The notes: generated from the sequence alone by a model not told the origin. DNA of 62,610 nt, filler included, from Candidatus Woesearchaeota archaeon (GCA_018221205.1; 7 parts of 7 records of this genome joined end to end with filler, not necessarily neighbours in it), one strand, 5' to 3'. Shown: positions 37,196-47,833, numbered from the whole stretch's first letter. Translations and numbers: made by a program.

Positions 37196-38839
37196 CTATT
37201 TATGCGTATACCAGAATCGCCAGTGATTCTTGTCATCCAATCTGCAGAATCCAAAACGTTCGAACTGGATGATGTCGCCTTCTTTTAGAGAGTGAATATT
37301 ATGTTCTGCCACACCTTTCTTAACTTCCTTATCAGGCATGAGCACCTCTATGTCTATGTTCTTTTCCTTAGGCAGCCAGTTGATGACTCGTTTCCCTTTG
37401 AACTCCTCATAGTTCTCTGATATGCACTCGAATCTGTCTCCTTTCTTGATTATATTGATGCAGTCCATCAGCCTTGTCTCTTCTTCCATAGCATTGATAT
37501 CTTTTTCTGACAGGATGAATGTTCCATCGACTTTGAGCTTTCTGCCGCCTTTCTTCTCATTCGGATTCAGGTGGAGCTCTACTTCTTTTTTTGGAGCGTT
37601 TTCAATAGTGATCCCTTTTGGATCGAAAATTGCAGAGTAGCGTCTTGCTTCGTTGTCCAGCAATCTCTTGTTGTGAAGGATGAGATCATCCCATGTCATG
37701 GTGGCTTCTGCTTTCGAGATTCCGGTTGAAATGACGAAATTCTTTATGGCTTCTGGTAAAAAACCTCGTCTTCTTAGTGCAACCAAAGTTGTCAATGAAG
37801 GATCGTCCCAGCCCATAAGTTCTTTGCTCTCGACTTTTTCCCTTATGATCCTTCCTGAAGAGACAACTCCTGTCAGGTTGAAACGGCCGAACTCATAGGT
37901 ATCTGTTACAGTCATATCGAGATTCTTCTGGATCCATCTCTGCAGTTCAGCGCGCATCTCGAATTCCTTGCTTCTCAATCTGATATCGATCTCTGAATGG
38001 GCATCCATGATGGCATTCTGGAAATCATAGGTCGGCCAGATCTTGTATTTCTTCCCTTTTCTAGGGTGCTCTGTTTCGATGATCCTGAAGATTGTCGGAT
38101 CGCGCATGGTGCTGTTCTTATGCTTGAGGTCAATCTTCAGCCTTAAGATAGCTGCTCCTTCAACAGCTGTAGGCATGGTCTTCCATTGAGCAAGATTCTC
38201 TTCCATTGCATTGTCCCTATATAATGTGGGTTTTCCTGTGTCCCTGCTTTTCTTGACTTCTTCTTGTGACGAGAGGTCTAAATATGCAAGGCCTTTCTTG
38301 ATCAATACCTCTGCCTTTTCATAGAACAGGTCCATGAAATCTGAAGCATACAATAATTTATCCCATTTCACGCCAAGCCACTTGAAATCATGTTCCATGG
38401 CTTCATAATACTCTTTCTTTGCTATTTTGGGATTGGTGTCTTCGAAACGCAGGATGAACTTTCCTTTGTATTGCTTTGCGAGAAGATAGTTCAATAGGCA
38501 AGCTTTTGCATGGCCGATATGAGGATATTTCTCTGGGCCTGGCGGAAATGCAGTGGTAACCCCTTCTTTCACTTTAAGGAACTCGAAGATATTCCTTTCT
38601 TTCTTCTCTTTCTTCTCCAATAATTCAGGCGCTAATCTTTCAAGCTCTTTCTTCATCTCATCTACAGAAAGCTTATGGGTCTCCTTGAGAATCTCTTGGA
38701 TCTTTTTTGAGAGCTCTTTTGCCTGCTCCTTCAGTTCAGGCTGCTCTCCAAAGACTTTTCCTATAATGGCTCCGGGATTTGCCTTTCCTTTGAACTTGAT
38801 AGCGTTCTGTAAAGCGTATTTTCTTATGAGGGAATCCAT
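37196..38839 (-). CDS. gltX: Glutamate--tRNA ligase (archaeal type)
   Basis: HIGH, LRFEDTNP, WPTYDF, GWDDP, QFERFGF. Confidence 0.95.
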   Translation of the reverse strand: MDSLIRKYALQNAIKFKGKANPGAIIGKVFGEQPELKEQAKELSKKIQEILKETHKLSVDEMKKELERLAPELLEKKEKKERNIFEFLKVKEGVTTAFPPGPEKYPHIGHAKACLLNYLLAKQYKGKFILRFEDTNPKIAKKEYYEAMEHDFKWLGVKWDKLLYASDFMDLFYEKAEVLIKKGLAYLDLSSQEEVKKSRDTGKPTLYRDNAMEENLAQWKTMPTAVEGAAILRLKIDLKHKNSTMRDPTIFRIIETEHPRKGKKYKIWPTYDFQNAIMDAHSEIDIRLRSKEFEMRAELQRWIQKNLDMTVTDTYEFGRFNLTGVVSSGRIIREKVESKELMGWDDPSLTTLVALRRRGFLPEAIKNFVISTGISKAEATMTWDDLILHNKRLLDNEARRYSAIFDPKGITIENAPKKEVELHLNPNEKKGGRKLKVDGTFILSEKDINAMEEETRLMDCINIIKKGDRFECISENYEEFKGKRVINWLPKEKNIDIEVLMPDKEVKKGVAEHNIHSLKEGDIIQFERFGFCRLDDKNHWRFWYTHK

Positions 38840-38892
38840 ATCTTGGGGAAAAAAGAAAGAATTATATAAAATTAATGGAAATATCGAATTGT

Positions 38893-39903
38893 ATGAAAAT
38901 GGGAAGGATCCTCTTGATTCTTTTGGTGTTATTTGTATCTACTGATACTGTTTTTGCCGCCTCTTTTGAGCAGGGTATGTCTATCGCTGCTGGAGCAGTC
39001 ATATTATTGTTCCTTATCTTTTTCTTCAGTACTATGGCCAAGCATAAATCTCATCCATCTGAGAGATCGTCTTCCCATGATCAAAAGACGAAAAAAGAGG
39101 AGCATCAAAGGAAGCAAGATAAAACAGATCTGGCCAAGCAGATCAAGGAGTATAATGCTGATCTACAGAATTTCCAGCAGATGAGAAGCCAGTATGGTGA
39201 TGATGATCCACGAGTCGTGGAGTTAGGAAGGGTGATGCAGCAGAGACATGCTGAGTTGACTGCCCTTCTTCAGAGCATGCAGCAACAAGATGATGAAGAA
39301 CGACGGAACATAGATCAGACACAGAGGGAAGATACAACCCGAGAAGGTGTTATCAATGAAGATATCAAGACAGAAGCACGAAGCTTCGCATATATAGAGA
39401 GGGAATTGCATGCCCTTGAGAGGGCTCTCGGGCATGCTAGCCGAGATGATGGTGGGGCTATCGTGGAGAGGATACAAAATGCGAGGGAGCAGCTCGGACT
39501 GCTGAAGAGTGCCCTCACAGACAATCATCTCGAGCTCGACATCATCCAGGGTGCGATAAATGCTGAAAGGAACGCTATCAGGGCACTTTCAGCTGAGGAG
39601 AATAAGATCGATAGGTTCATCAATGATCTCAAAAGGCTGCCTCTTATCCAGGATCATGACCGGAAGGTGAACCATATCCAATGGCTCCACACACCCTTGC
39701 ACGATCTTACAGCAACAAAATGGAAGTTAGACGCAGATGTCCAAAAATTTCTCGAGCTGCATGAACGGATCAAGGCATTGGAGAGGAACAGGGCTGATTA
39801 TTTTGAGCGGTCTCGTGAGATGATACAGGAGTTTGAACAACGCCATAGAACAAATCAAGAAGTGCCTCAACAATTCTTATTGCGGCCAGAGCATTACCAA
39901 TGA
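38893..39903 (+). CDS. Membrane-anchored coiled-coil protein whose stop codon is supplied by the IS end (probably truncated)
   Basis: Signal peptide plus TM, long heptads; terminal TGA 39901-39903 lies inside IS copy 4. Confidence 0.7.
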   Translation: MKMGRILLILLVLFVSTDTVFAASFEQGMSIAAGAVILLFLIFFFSTMAKHKSHPSERSSSHDQKTKKEEHQRKQDKTDLAKQIKEYNADLQNFQQMRSQYGDDDPRVVELGRVMQQRHAELTALLQSMQQQDDEERRNIDQTQREDTTREGVINEDIKTEARSFAYIERELHALERALGHASRDDGGAIVERIQNAREQLGLLKSALTDNHLELDIIQGAINAERNAIRALSAEENKIDRFINDLKRLPLIQDHDRKVNHIQWLHTPLHDLTATKWKLDADVQKFLELHERIKALERNRADYFERSREMIQEFEQRHRTNQEVPQQFLLRPEHYQ

Positions 39904-39980
39904 CCTCCTCCCCGACTTGAAAGTCGGGGTATCCGCTTAAGCTTCTGCGTGGTGTTGTTCTTGATTTACTATGTACTTGA
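39900..39980 (-). mobile_element. IS200/IS605-family element end, copy 4
   Basis: Identical 81-nt sequence at contig end. Confidence 0.85.
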
Positions 39981-40080
39981 NNNNNNNNNNNNNNNNNNNN
40001 NNNNNNNNNNNNNNNNNNNNNNNNTTAATTAATTAANNNNNNNNNNNNNNNNNNNNNNNNNNNNNNNNNNNNNNNNNNNN
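39981..40080. other. Artificial contig linker
   Basis: N run with central TTAATTAATTAA. Confidence 0.98.
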
Positions 40081-40205
40081 ACACTGCCTTCACTTATCTT
40101 GTCTTTTAATGAGTTAATCTGTACTGCTTGGACAAGGGAAAAAGACAACAGAACAATGATGATCCCCATGATGATGTAATTTGTGTTTGACTTCTTTTTT
40201 TTCAT
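40081..40205 (-). CDS. Small single-TM protein, 3'-truncated; paralog of 58512..58736
   Basis: LVQAVQINSLKDKISEG matches VAQAFQLNGLKETISEG. Confidence 0.75.
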
Positions 40206-40206
40206 C

Positions 40207-40860
40207 TTAACAGCCTCCGACCATACCGCCTCCAGCGGCAAGCCCTTTCTCTATCCCTCTGTATTTGTTGCTGGCGAGATTAGTGCCTGATAATTCTATG
40301 CCCTGGCCAGTGAGGACCTCTGCTTTCTGCTGCATCTGTGTAGGGAAGAAGAGTGCTTTCCACTTTCCTACTTCAGCAAGAATCTCCTCGTCAGTATATT
40401 CATCACCATGCTCTGTTATAAGGTACTTTGCTAATCCTCTCATCGCATAACTATGGGCGCAACCACATGCTGATTCGCCGTTCTCAAAGATTATCGATCG
40501 TGCACCGCAGCAATATTCGCAGGAGATGCCATCCTCAAGCTTGTAGAGGGCATTGATATAGCGTTCTTTGTCTGCTCCCCCTAAATTCATGGTCCTGTCG
40601 AATTGAGCCAGCTTCTTTATGGTGAGATCTGCCCTAGCTGGATCATAAGGGGAGACGTCATCATAGCTTAGCTGGAGCTCTTCTCCATAGATCTCCGGCA
40701 CTCCGCTCGGGATTATATCAGATTTAGCTGACAGCTCTACTTTCGTTGATTTGGCTGCTTGACTCTCAACTATGTTGATGGCTGCGATCTGATATGAATT
40801 GAAAATCACAACAATCATTGCAACTGCCAAAAGGCCCATAATCATCTTCTCTTGTTTCAT
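40207..40860 (-). CDS. Membrane-anchored Cys-rich protein with C-terminal MVGGC; paralog of 57767..58501
   Basis: GISCEYCCG, ACGCAH, KWKALFFP, GMVGGC*; GGTGA RBS before ATG 40860. Confidence 0.85.
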   Translation of the reverse strand: MKQEKMIMGLLAVAMIVVIFNSYQIAAINIVESQAAKSTKVELSAKSDIIPSGVPEIYGEELQLSYDDVSPYDPARADLTIKKLAQFDRTMNLGGADKERYINALYKLEDGISCEYCCGARSIIFENGESACGCAHSYAMRGLAKYLITEHGDEYTDEEILAEVGKWKALFFPTQMQQKAEVLTGQGIELSGTNLASNKYRGIEKGLAAGGGMVGGC

Positions 40861-40922
40861 GAATCTCACCATGCTCAAAGAAAGATTGAAACAGCTTATA
40901 CTATATACTGGTGAAACTAGTT

Positions 40923-41384
40923 TCACCTAAGAACAACGATATTGGTCATGCCTCTGCGCTTACGGTCGATGATCCCTTTCTGCTCTAATCTGTCGAGGAT
41001 CCTCGTCATCTTCACCTTGGTCCAGCCTGTCTCTTTGATGAGATCGCTCTGGTAGAGAGAACCCTGGCTGGCTTTCAGCAGATCATAGATCCTTTTCTCT
41101 TCATGATCTAATCTAGAGGGTTTTGCCTTCTTAGGGATGTTTTTCGGCATGAAGATAAGGTAGAGGCCTGATCCAAGAATAAGGATGGCTATGGTGAAAC
41201 TGATGAGGATAAACCATGAGGTGTTCGAGGTATGTGCAGGGCACTGGGCCATACCTTCTGAGCCAATGGATTGGCAGAGAAAAGTGTCTCTGGTGTCGAT
41301 ATCTGCCTTGATAAGAGAGAGCATGACTATCAGGAGGATAGACAGCGCAATATTCAGGTAGCCGGCATTCTTCACGGTAAACAT
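40923..41384 (-). CDS. Membrane-bound winged-helix (MarR-like) regulator
   Basis: Two TMs with loop Cys/His (FLC..QCPAH); C-terminal YQSDL..KVKMTRILDRLEQKG..RRGMTN. Confidence 0.85.
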   Translation of the reverse strand: MFTVKNAGYLNIALSILLIVMLSLIKADIDTRDTFLCQSIGSEGMAQCPAHTSNTSWFILISFTIAILILGSGLYLIFMPKNIPKKAKPSRLDHEEKRIYDLLKASQGSLYQSDLIKETGWTKVKMTRILDRLEQKGIIDRKRRGMTNIVVLR

Positions 41385-41465
41385 GCTGCTATTGATTCGG
41401 GTATCCTATAAAAAGCTATCGCAACCTTAGAAAAAGTTAAATATGGGGCACTATGTAAGCTGCTT

Positions 41466-42074
41466 ATGGAGCGGAACGATGAGGGCAAAGCTTTAGGATT
41501 GTCCTACTTCACTGTCGGATATAATATAGTAGAGGGGATTGTCTCGGTATTTTTTGGATCAATCTCCGGCAGCATCGCATTGGTCGGTTTTGGATTGGAT
41601 AGTTTCATTGAATCTCTTTCTGGCTCTATCATGATCTGGAGATTCAAAAAGCGGGAATATTCGAAACAAGACATAGAAAGAATCGAGAAGAAAGCGCTTC
41701 AACTGGTCGGATACACCTTTTTCGTACTGGCACTCTATGTGCTCTATGAATCTTTGACAAGATTGTATTTTGCTGAAGCATCCTCTCCATCATTAGCGGG
41801 CATCATTATCACCATCATTTCACTCATCATCATGCCGATCCTCTATCATAAGAAACACCGCCTTGGACATCAATTGCACAGCAGGAGCTTGATAGCAGAC
41901 TCAAAGCAGACGATAGCCTGCATGCTACTTTCTGTTGCTGTACTCTTGGGTATAGCGCTGAACTGGCTCTTCGGCTTTTGGCAGGCAGACCCTATAGCAG
42001 GATTGGTTGTTTCACTTCTACTGATGAGAGAAGGCTATCTGGTAGTAAGAAACAAAGAATTATGCAGATGCTAG
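41466..42074 (+). CDS. Cation efflux (CDF) family protein, TM domain only
   Basis: [24 protein letters not shown]. Confidence 0.85.
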   Translation: MERNDEGKALGLSYFTVGYNIVEGIVSVFFGSISGSIALVGFGLDSFIESLSGSIMIWRFKKREYSKQDIERIEKKALQLVGYTFFVLALYVLYESLTRLYFAEASSPSLAGIIITIISLIIMPILYHKKHRLGHQLHSRSLIADSKQTIACMLLSVAVLLGIALNWLFGFWQADPIAGLVVSLLLMREGYLVVRNKELCRC

Positions 42075-44656
42075 CTCTTGCTGAACTTAGTGAAAGAATA
42101 TCGTTTCATAAGGAGTGAGTTGCTCACTACCGATACTGAGCTGAACGCCATGGCGATGCCTGCGATAATGGGGCTAAGGAGGAACCCGGTAAATGGGTAT
42201 AACGCTCCTGCTGCTATCGGAATCCCTAAGGCGTTATAGAAGAAAGCCCAGAAGAGGTTCTGTTTAATCTTTTTCATCGTGTATCTTGACAAGTCCATTG
42301 CAGTGACGACATCCCTCAAATCTTCTTTGATAAGGACAATATCGCCTGATTCAATTGCGACATCTGTTCCAGAACCGATAGCTATTCCTATATCTGCTTG
42401 TGTCAGTGCAGGGGCGTCATTGATGCCGTCTCCTACCATAGCCACCCTTTTTCCCTCTTTCTGCAGAGCCTTGATAGTATCTGCTTTATCCTTGGGCATA
42501 ACTTCAGCCAAGACGCGCTTCATGCCCAACTGTCTGGCGATGGCCTCTGCTGTTCGCTTGTTATCTCCTGTTATCATGATAGATTCCACACCCATTGCAT
42601 TAAGTACGTTGACTGCCTCCTGAGAATACTCTTTGAGGGTATCTGCCACGGCGATTATCCCGGCCAATTTTTTATCAATGGCTATCATCATGGCTGTCTT
42701 TCCTTCATTTTCAAGCTGTTCAAGCTCTTTAGCTGCATCACTATAGTCGATATTCTTTCCTTCCATAAGCCTACGATTCCCTAAATCAATGAGCAATTTT
42801 TTGTAAGTAACCTCAATGCCCATTCCTGTTACTGAATTGAATTTATCAGGATCAGAAACCTGTAATTTTTCCTCTTTAGCTTGATTAACTATGGCTTCTC
42901 CTAATGGATGTTCTGAATTCTTCTCTGCTATGGCTGCGTAGAGTAATAAATCGCTTTTGGAGTAGTCTGATAGGGATAATATATCAGTTACCTGGGGTTT
43001 TCCTTTCGTCAATGTTCCGGTCTTGTCGAATACAATGGTGTTTATCTTTTGAGCCATCTGCAGGCTTTCCGCATTCTTGAACAGGATTCCGTTCTCAGCT
43101 CCTTTCCCTGTACCGACCATAATGGCAGTGGGTGTCGCTAATCCAAGAGCACAGGGACAAGCGATTATGAGAACTGCAACAAAGATGGATAACGTGAAGG
43201 CCAATCCGCCGAAGAAGAACCAGATGATGCTGGAGATGATTCCTATACTGACTACCACAGGAACAAAATATGCTGAGATCGTATCAGCAAGCTTCTGAAT
43301 AGGGGCTTTGCTTCCTTGCGCTTCTTCCACTAATTTAACGATCTGGGCCAGAGCAGTCTCGGATCCTATTTTTGTGGTTCTGAACTTAAAGCTGCCTGTT
43401 CTGTTTATTGTCGCACCAATCACTTCAGAACCTTTTGTCTTCTCTACTGGGATGCTCTCTCCGGTTATCATACTTTCATCCACACTCGAGTGGCCTTCTG
43501 TGATAACTCCATCGACGGGAATCTTCTGTCCTGGCTTGACCACAACAATATCATCGACTGCTACTTCTTCAATAGGGATCTCTTTTTCCTCACCACTACG
43601 AATCACAATAGCAGTTCTGGCAGATAAGCCCATGAGTTTCTTTATGGCCTCGCTTGTCTTTCCCTTTGCTTTTGCTTCAAGGAACCGACCAAGCAGAATG
43701 AATGCTATCAAGATTCCAGCAACCTCAAAATATAACTGATCAAGATTTCCGACCAACGCAGCATACACACTATAGGCATATGCAGTGCCTGTTCCTATAG
43801 CAACAAGGGTATCCATGTTGGCTGTACGTGTTTTGATGACTGACCTAAAGCCTTTATGATAGAATTCATAGCCTACTATGATTATTGGAGTGGTTATGAC
43901 AAACTGGATCAACGCCATATTTTTTCCTATGAAAGAACCTATAGGAAATCCTATATGGGGAGCCATGGCAAAATAAAGCAAAGGCAAAGACAGGAGAATA
44001 GCTATTATGGTTTTGTATTTCAACACCTTTATCTCCTTATCTCTGGCTTTTTTTTCTTCATCTTTAGAATCAGTATCAAGAAAATTCTCATAGCCGACAT
44101 CTTTAATCGTCTGCCGGATTTTAGTTGAATTTATAAGTTGAGAATCATAGCCAATAATCGCTTTTTCCGTCGGTAGCAGTTCCTTAGAGGTAATCCCCTC
44201 CAGTCTACCTAAGGCTTTGCCCACAATACCCATGCAATGCGGGTTATCCATACCCAGCACCTTTAGATGCAATCTAGATTTCTGCTCGGGGGCAATGACA
44301 TCATAGCCAGTATCTTTGATTGCCTGCTCCAATGATTCTTGCTTTGTTATATACGGATCAAACTCAACGGTTGCTCTACTCGTGGCTAAATTTACTACGG
44401 CTGTTTTAACGCCCTCTTGTTTCTTCAGACTCTTCTCGATCTTAGCAACACACGAAGCACAATTCATTCCTTTTATGGAGATGCTTGCTTTTTTGCAATC
44501 AGACTGAGCATCTTCTTCCCTTGTTTTTGAACCAGATTTGGTGAATTGTTCAAAACAGTTCTTGCTGCAGAAATAATATGCTGTGCCATCTTTGTTAATC
44601 ATGAACTTTGCTTTCTTTGGATCTACGTCCATTCCACATATAGGGTCTTTTACCAT
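42071..44656 (-). CDS. copA: P1B-1 Cu(I)-transporting ATPase with N-terminal YHS/TRASH and HMA domains
   Basis: DPICGM..YFCS..C, GMNCASC, TGES, CPC, DKTGT, SEHP, GDGIND, YN and MAFSS. Confidence 0.95.
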   Translation of the reverse strand: MVKDPICGMDVDPKKAKFMINKDGTAYYFCSKNCFEQFTKSGSKTREEDAQSDCKKASISIKGMNCASCVAKIEKSLKKQEGVKTAVVNLATSRATVEFDPYITKQESLEQAIKDTGYDVIAPEQKSRLHLKVLGMDNPHCMGIVGKALGRLEGITSKELLPTEKAIIGYDSQLINSTKIRQTIKDVGYENFLDTDSKDEEKKARDKEIKVLKYKTIIAILLSLPLLYFAMAPHIGFPIGSFIGKNMALIQFVITTPIIIVGYEFYHKGFRSVIKTRTANMDTLVAIGTGTAYAYSVYAALVGNLDQLYFEVAGILIAFILLGRFLEAKAKGKTSEAIKKLMGLSARTAIVIRSGEEKEIPIEEVAVDDIVVVKPGQKIPVDGVITEGHSSVDESMITGESIPVEKTKGSEVIGATINRTGSFKFRTTKIGSETALAQIVKLVEEAQGSKAPIQKLADTISAYFVPVVVSIGIISSIIWFFFGGLAFTLSIFVAVLIIACPCALGLATPTAIMVGTGKGAENGILFKNAESLQMAQKINTIVFDKTGTLTKGKPQVTDILSLSDYSKSDLLLYAAIAEKNSEHPLGEAIVNQAKEEKLQVSDPDKFNSVTGMGIEVTYKKLLIDLGNRRLMEGKNIDYSDAAKELEQLENEGKTAMMIAIDKKLAGIIAVADTLKEYSQEAVNVLNAMGVESIMITGDNKRTAEAIARQLGMKRVLAEVMPKDKADTIKALQKEGKRVAMVGDGINDAPALTQADIGIAIGSGTDVAIESGDIVLIKEDLRDVVTAMDLSRYTMKKIKQNLFWAFFYNALGIPIAAGALYPFTGFLLSPIIAGIAMAFSSVSVVSNSLLMKRYSFTKFSKS

Positions 44657-44808
44657 TTTATCTCGTACCTTGATATATTGGAGTTACAGCTTTTATGCTC
44701 TTTGCACCACTTCTCGCAATTTTGTGCAATTGTTTTATCCTTATAGTACATATTACATTCTTCGCATTCATAAGCCTTATCTTTATTTTTTGTATGCGTG
44801 CGTACCAT
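44650..44808 (-). CDS. Small Cys/His-rich putative metal-binding protein, copy A
   Basis: [10 protein letters not shown]...[15 protein letters not shown]; overlaps copA start. Confidence 0.75.
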   Translation of the reverse strand: MVRTHTKNKDKAYECEECNMYYKDKTIAQNCEKWCKEHKSCNSNISRYEIKW

Positions 44809-44868
44809 TAGGGCATTACCATAATTTTTGCTATTAATACATACCGTCAAATTTTTGCTCATTTAACA

Positions 44869-45807
44869 TCATTCCACCTTTTTTGTAATATCTATATGAT
44901 CCGCGTCAGTATCATAACATTTTTTCTCAGCCTGGATAGTTGAAAAATAAAACTTATATCCATCTTTCAGCAGACTATATACCTTACTGAGTATCTTTTC
45001 AGAGTCAACATTGGGAGAAATTCTCACATGGGATGAAAAGATATTTTTCCCGGAGGTAAGCACCCAGGCATGGATATGATGTACATCCTGTACGCCGCGA
45101 ATGCTTTCAATTTTCTTCCTAACTTCATCAAGATCTATGTTTGGCGGAGCAGATTCAAGTAGGATATCAAAGGCTCCCTTGATAATAGACCATGATGCCC
45201 ATAGTAGGACAAGCCCGAAAAGCATACCCAAGATAGGATCAATCTGATTGAATCCTGTCAACTTGATCACCACTGCAGCTATGATTATGACAATACTGCC
45301 AACGAACGTTTGCAAGACATGCCAATAGGCGCCTTTTACATTGAGACTGTGTTTTTGCCCTTTAAAAAGCAGTTTTATACTGATGGCTTCTGTAATTAAG
45401 CCTCCAGCGGCTGCAATAAACATGGGTGTTGTTGGCAATTCGATAGGCTGCTTTAATCTCATGTATCCCATAACAAGCACAAGTATGGCCATTATAAGAA
45501 GGAAGAACCCGTTAAGCAATGCACCTATGATTTCCGCCCTCAACCTGCCAAAGGACTTGAATTTATCAGCTGGTCGAAGGGCGATACGTCCTGCTATCAA
45601 CGCCAATAAGACCCCCCCTACTGCAGAGAACGTGTGGAATGCATCTGAGATCACAGCAACAGAACCGGAGTATAGCCCCAAACCTAATTCAACAATAAAA
45701 TATATGCCTGTCAGCCAGCTTGTAATTTTGAGGGCTTTCATATCCCCTTTATCCATTGATGGCATGGCATGATGTCCTATACCTGTATTGTGTTTGCGGT
45801 GGTCCAT
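44869..45807 (-). CDS. CDF-family Zn/Cd/Co efflux transporter (CzcD/ZitB-like)
   Basis: His-rich N-terminus, SDAFH, WHVL, IDP, C-terminal VHHIHAW. Confidence 0.92.
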   Translation of the reverse strand: MDHRKHNTGIGHHAMPSMDKGDMKALKITSWLTGIYFIVELGLGLYSGSVAVISDAFHTFSAVGGVLLALIAGRIALRPADKFKSFGRLRAEIIGALLNGFFLLIMAILVLVMGYMRLKQPIELPTTPMFIAAAGGLITEAISIKLLFKGQKHSLNVKGAYWHVLQTFVGSIVIIIAAVVIKLTGFNQIDPILGMLFGLVLLWASWSIIKGAFDILLESAPPNIDLDEVRKKIESIRGVQDVHHIHAWVLTSGKNIFSSHVRISPNVDSEKILSKVYSLLKDGYKFYFSTIQAEKKCYDTDADHIDITKKVE

Positions 45808-45847
45808 TTTGAATTATATTATTATCTAATCAATGATTTAGCTCTCC

Positions 45848-45970
45848 TTACTTTTTTGAGCAGCAGTCAGGGCTCCCACAGTTGCACGAGTCAAGCATAT
45901 TGCAAAGCTTTACACTCATCCTTTTACTATCCTTCCCTTTTGTTGCTACACATCCTTCATGTTCGCTCAT
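45848..45970 (-). CDS. 40-aa metallothionein-like peptide, not in ORF track
   Basis: GGAGG RBS; MSEHEGCVATKGKDSKRMSVKLCNMLDSCNCGSPDCCSKK*. Confidence 0.65.
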   Translation of the reverse strand: MSEHEGCVATKGKDSKRMSVKLCNMLDSCNCGSPDCCSKK

Positions 45971-45973
45971 CGT

Positions 45974-46135
45974 TCATTCCTCCTTAATTGCATGTGAAAT
46001 AATCTCAGTGTTGCAGCTTTTATACCTCTTGCACCACTCCTTGCATTTTTGTGCCAAAAAGCTCTCCTCGTAAAACATATTACATTCTTCATATTCATAT
46101 GTTTTCTTCTCATTCCTTGTGTGTTTGCAAACCAT
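45974..46135 (-). CDS. Small Cys-rich putative metal-binding protein, copy B, not in ORF track
   Basis: MVCKHTRNEKKTYEYEECNMFYEESFLAQKCKEWCKRYKSCNTEIISHAIKEE*; paralog of 44650..44808. Confidence 0.75.
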   Translation of the reverse strand: MVCKHTRNEKKTYEYEECNMFYEESFLAQKCKEWCKRYKSCNTEIISHAIKEE

Positions 46136-46732
46136 CTAGACTTCCATCTGCAATTTTTTCAACTGGGCTTTTAGCTGCTCAGTACCTTGAAAATGAACTG
46201 TATGTATGCCCATTTTTTTTGCATTCGTTAAATTCTTTTCACCATCATCGATAAAAATTGTTTCTTCTGGCGCTGCAGAAAAATGATTCAAAAGAAGTTC
46301 AAACCCTTTAGGATCTGGCTTCCTCACTTTGATCTCTTCCGAGATAATACCAAAATCAAAATACTGCTTGACGGGCAATCTCTCTTCGCTACAATCCATC
46401 ACTTCAACTGAGGAATTAGTAAGATAGGCTAATTTAACTTTGCCTTTCAATTCTTTAAGTAACCGAACGGTGTTTTCATTCAATCCCTTAAAAGACATCA
46501 TTTTTCTTAGCATGTCTTTATAGTCTGCTTTGACATCAAAATATTCGAGAAAACCTTCCATAGCTTCTTGGGTGGATATCTCACCTGCTTCTGCTTTTTT
46601 TATATGCATAGAATAGATTTCCTCAATTTTCTCAACAGGAAACTTATATTTCTCTGAGAAATATTTCAAAAAAGGAGGCTCTTCACAATAAAAAACCACA
46701 CCGCAAAGATCAAAAATAACTAGCTTTATCAT
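46136..46732 (-). CDS. HAD-superfamily hydrolase
   Basis: IFDLCGV, LTN, RKPDP, FIDD. Confidence 0.9.
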   Translation of the reverse strand: MIKLVIFDLCGVVFYCEEPPFLKYFSEKYKFPVEKIEEIYSMHIKKAEAGEISTQEAMEGFLEYFDVKADYKDMLRKMMSFKGLNENTVRLLKELKGKVKLAYLTNSSVEVMDCSEERLPVKQYFDFGIISEEIKVRKPDPKGFELLLNHFSAAPEETIFIDDGEKNLTNAKKMGIHTVHFQGTEQLKAQLKKLQMEV

Positions 46733-46940
46733 TTTCTTTCACCTCTTTTTTATGCATATCTTTCATCATGATAAAATGCATTAACGGACAAAGTAGCAAT
46801 ATCCACCAGAAGAGATAACGGTCGTTCCATCCAAGAAGGTATACTCCTACAACTAATAAGATTAATGGAATACCACAGCAAATAAGCATCATTTTGCGGT
46901 GGCTACTGCCGATTTTTCCTGGTTTTTGTTTCATTTCCAT
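46710..46940 (-). CDS. DUF2933-like small membrane protein
   Basis: MLICC...LLLCPLMHFIMM. Confidence 0.8.
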   Translation of the reverse strand: MEMKQKPGKIGSSHRKMMLICCGIPLILLVVGVYLLGWNDRYLFWWILLLCPLMHFIMMKDMHKKEVKENDKASYF

Positions 46941-46945
46941 GTCTC

Positions 46946-47356
46946 TCATCTTTTTACATGATGTAACATTGAATAGGCTATCAACACAAGGCCAATGAGT
47001 AGTAAGATATGATTGATAACAGCATTCAGAATGCCAAAGGGAAGTATCAAAAAGTGATGAAGCACAGTAAGAAGCTCTGCTACAGCAATAATCGAAAGAC
47101 CTATGACGGCATATTTCCTTTGATCACTTTTTGCCAGCTTATTTTGCATTAAGAGAGCAGCACTTATTGCAACGATTAAAGATCCAATATGTATGATAAT
47201 TTCCGCGTAATAGGTCCAGGCAGGAAACGATAAACTTCCATAGTGGAAAAAACTCATCCCTTCATGGTTGATTGTTTCACCCTGTCCGGTATGTGCCAAA
47301 CCCAGGGGTAGTAGAAGCATGATAACAATTAAAAAAAGGAATATCCTTTGAAACAT
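46946..47356 (-). CDS. His-containing membrane protein
   Basis: Signal peptide followed by His, three TMs with His residues. Confidence 0.75.
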   Translation of the reverse strand: MFQRIFLFLIVIMLLLPLGLAHTGQGETINHEGMSFFHYGSLSFPAWTYYAEIIIHIGSLIVAISAALLMQNKLAKSDQRKYAVIGLSIIAVAELLTVLHHFLILPFGILNAVINHILLLIGLVLIAYSMLHHVKR

Positions 47357-47357
47357 T

Positions 47358-47831
47358 TTAGCAACTCCTCCCAACGCCCTTTCCCAATTTTATGATCTCA
47401 GAGTTTTTGTGAACCGCATAGAAAAGCAATCCGAGGCTTAGAGTCCCAATATATGGGCGCAGGGGATCATAGTACTTCAAGAGAAAGGCAGCTCCAAATA
47501 TCCAGACAAGAAACTGGATGCATGTAGGACATGATACTGAAAAAAAGCCTGCAATTGCGCCTCCCATGCTCCATTTCTCCGTTTTTGGCTTCTTATTTCT
47601 AACAAATCGGATATACATCAGCGTAGCAATGTAAATGCCAAATAGTAATGAAGTCATCACAAGAAAAAACATGTCAAGATAAGTGGCTTCTACCATTCGA
47701 ATATATCGAGGATTTTCAATCAAGTCTGTGGGAATGCCAAAGAAAAGAAAGAGAGCAAGCGCAGAGAGTATACCAATGAGTACTGATATTGCTTTTGGAT
47801 ACGTTTCAGTGCTACTTTTCCAAAATCCCAT
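47358..47831 (-). CDS. Membrane protein with intramembrane CPTC motif
   Basis: Four TMs; PTDLIENP..IRM and SVSCPTC. Confidence 0.78.
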   Translation of the reverse strand: MGFWKSSTETYPKAISVLIGILSALALFLFFGIPTDLIENPRYIRMVEATYLDMFFLVMTSLLFGIYIATLMYIRFVRNKKPKTEKWSMGGAIAGFFSVSCPTCIQFLVWIFGAAFLLKYYDPLRPYIGTLSLGLLFYAVHKNSEIIKLGKGVGRSC

Positions 47832-47833
47832 CT

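Noticed and set aside
39900..39980. Self-splicing IStron explaining intragenic insertions
   Set aside because: Orientation relative to host genes is inconsistent, the end is T rather than a terminal G, and no group I core is visible
10104..40080. Recurring TTAATTAATTAA motif and ORFs running into X residues
   Set aside because: Synthetic all-frame stop linker inside N runs; adjacency across the gaps carries no biological meaning
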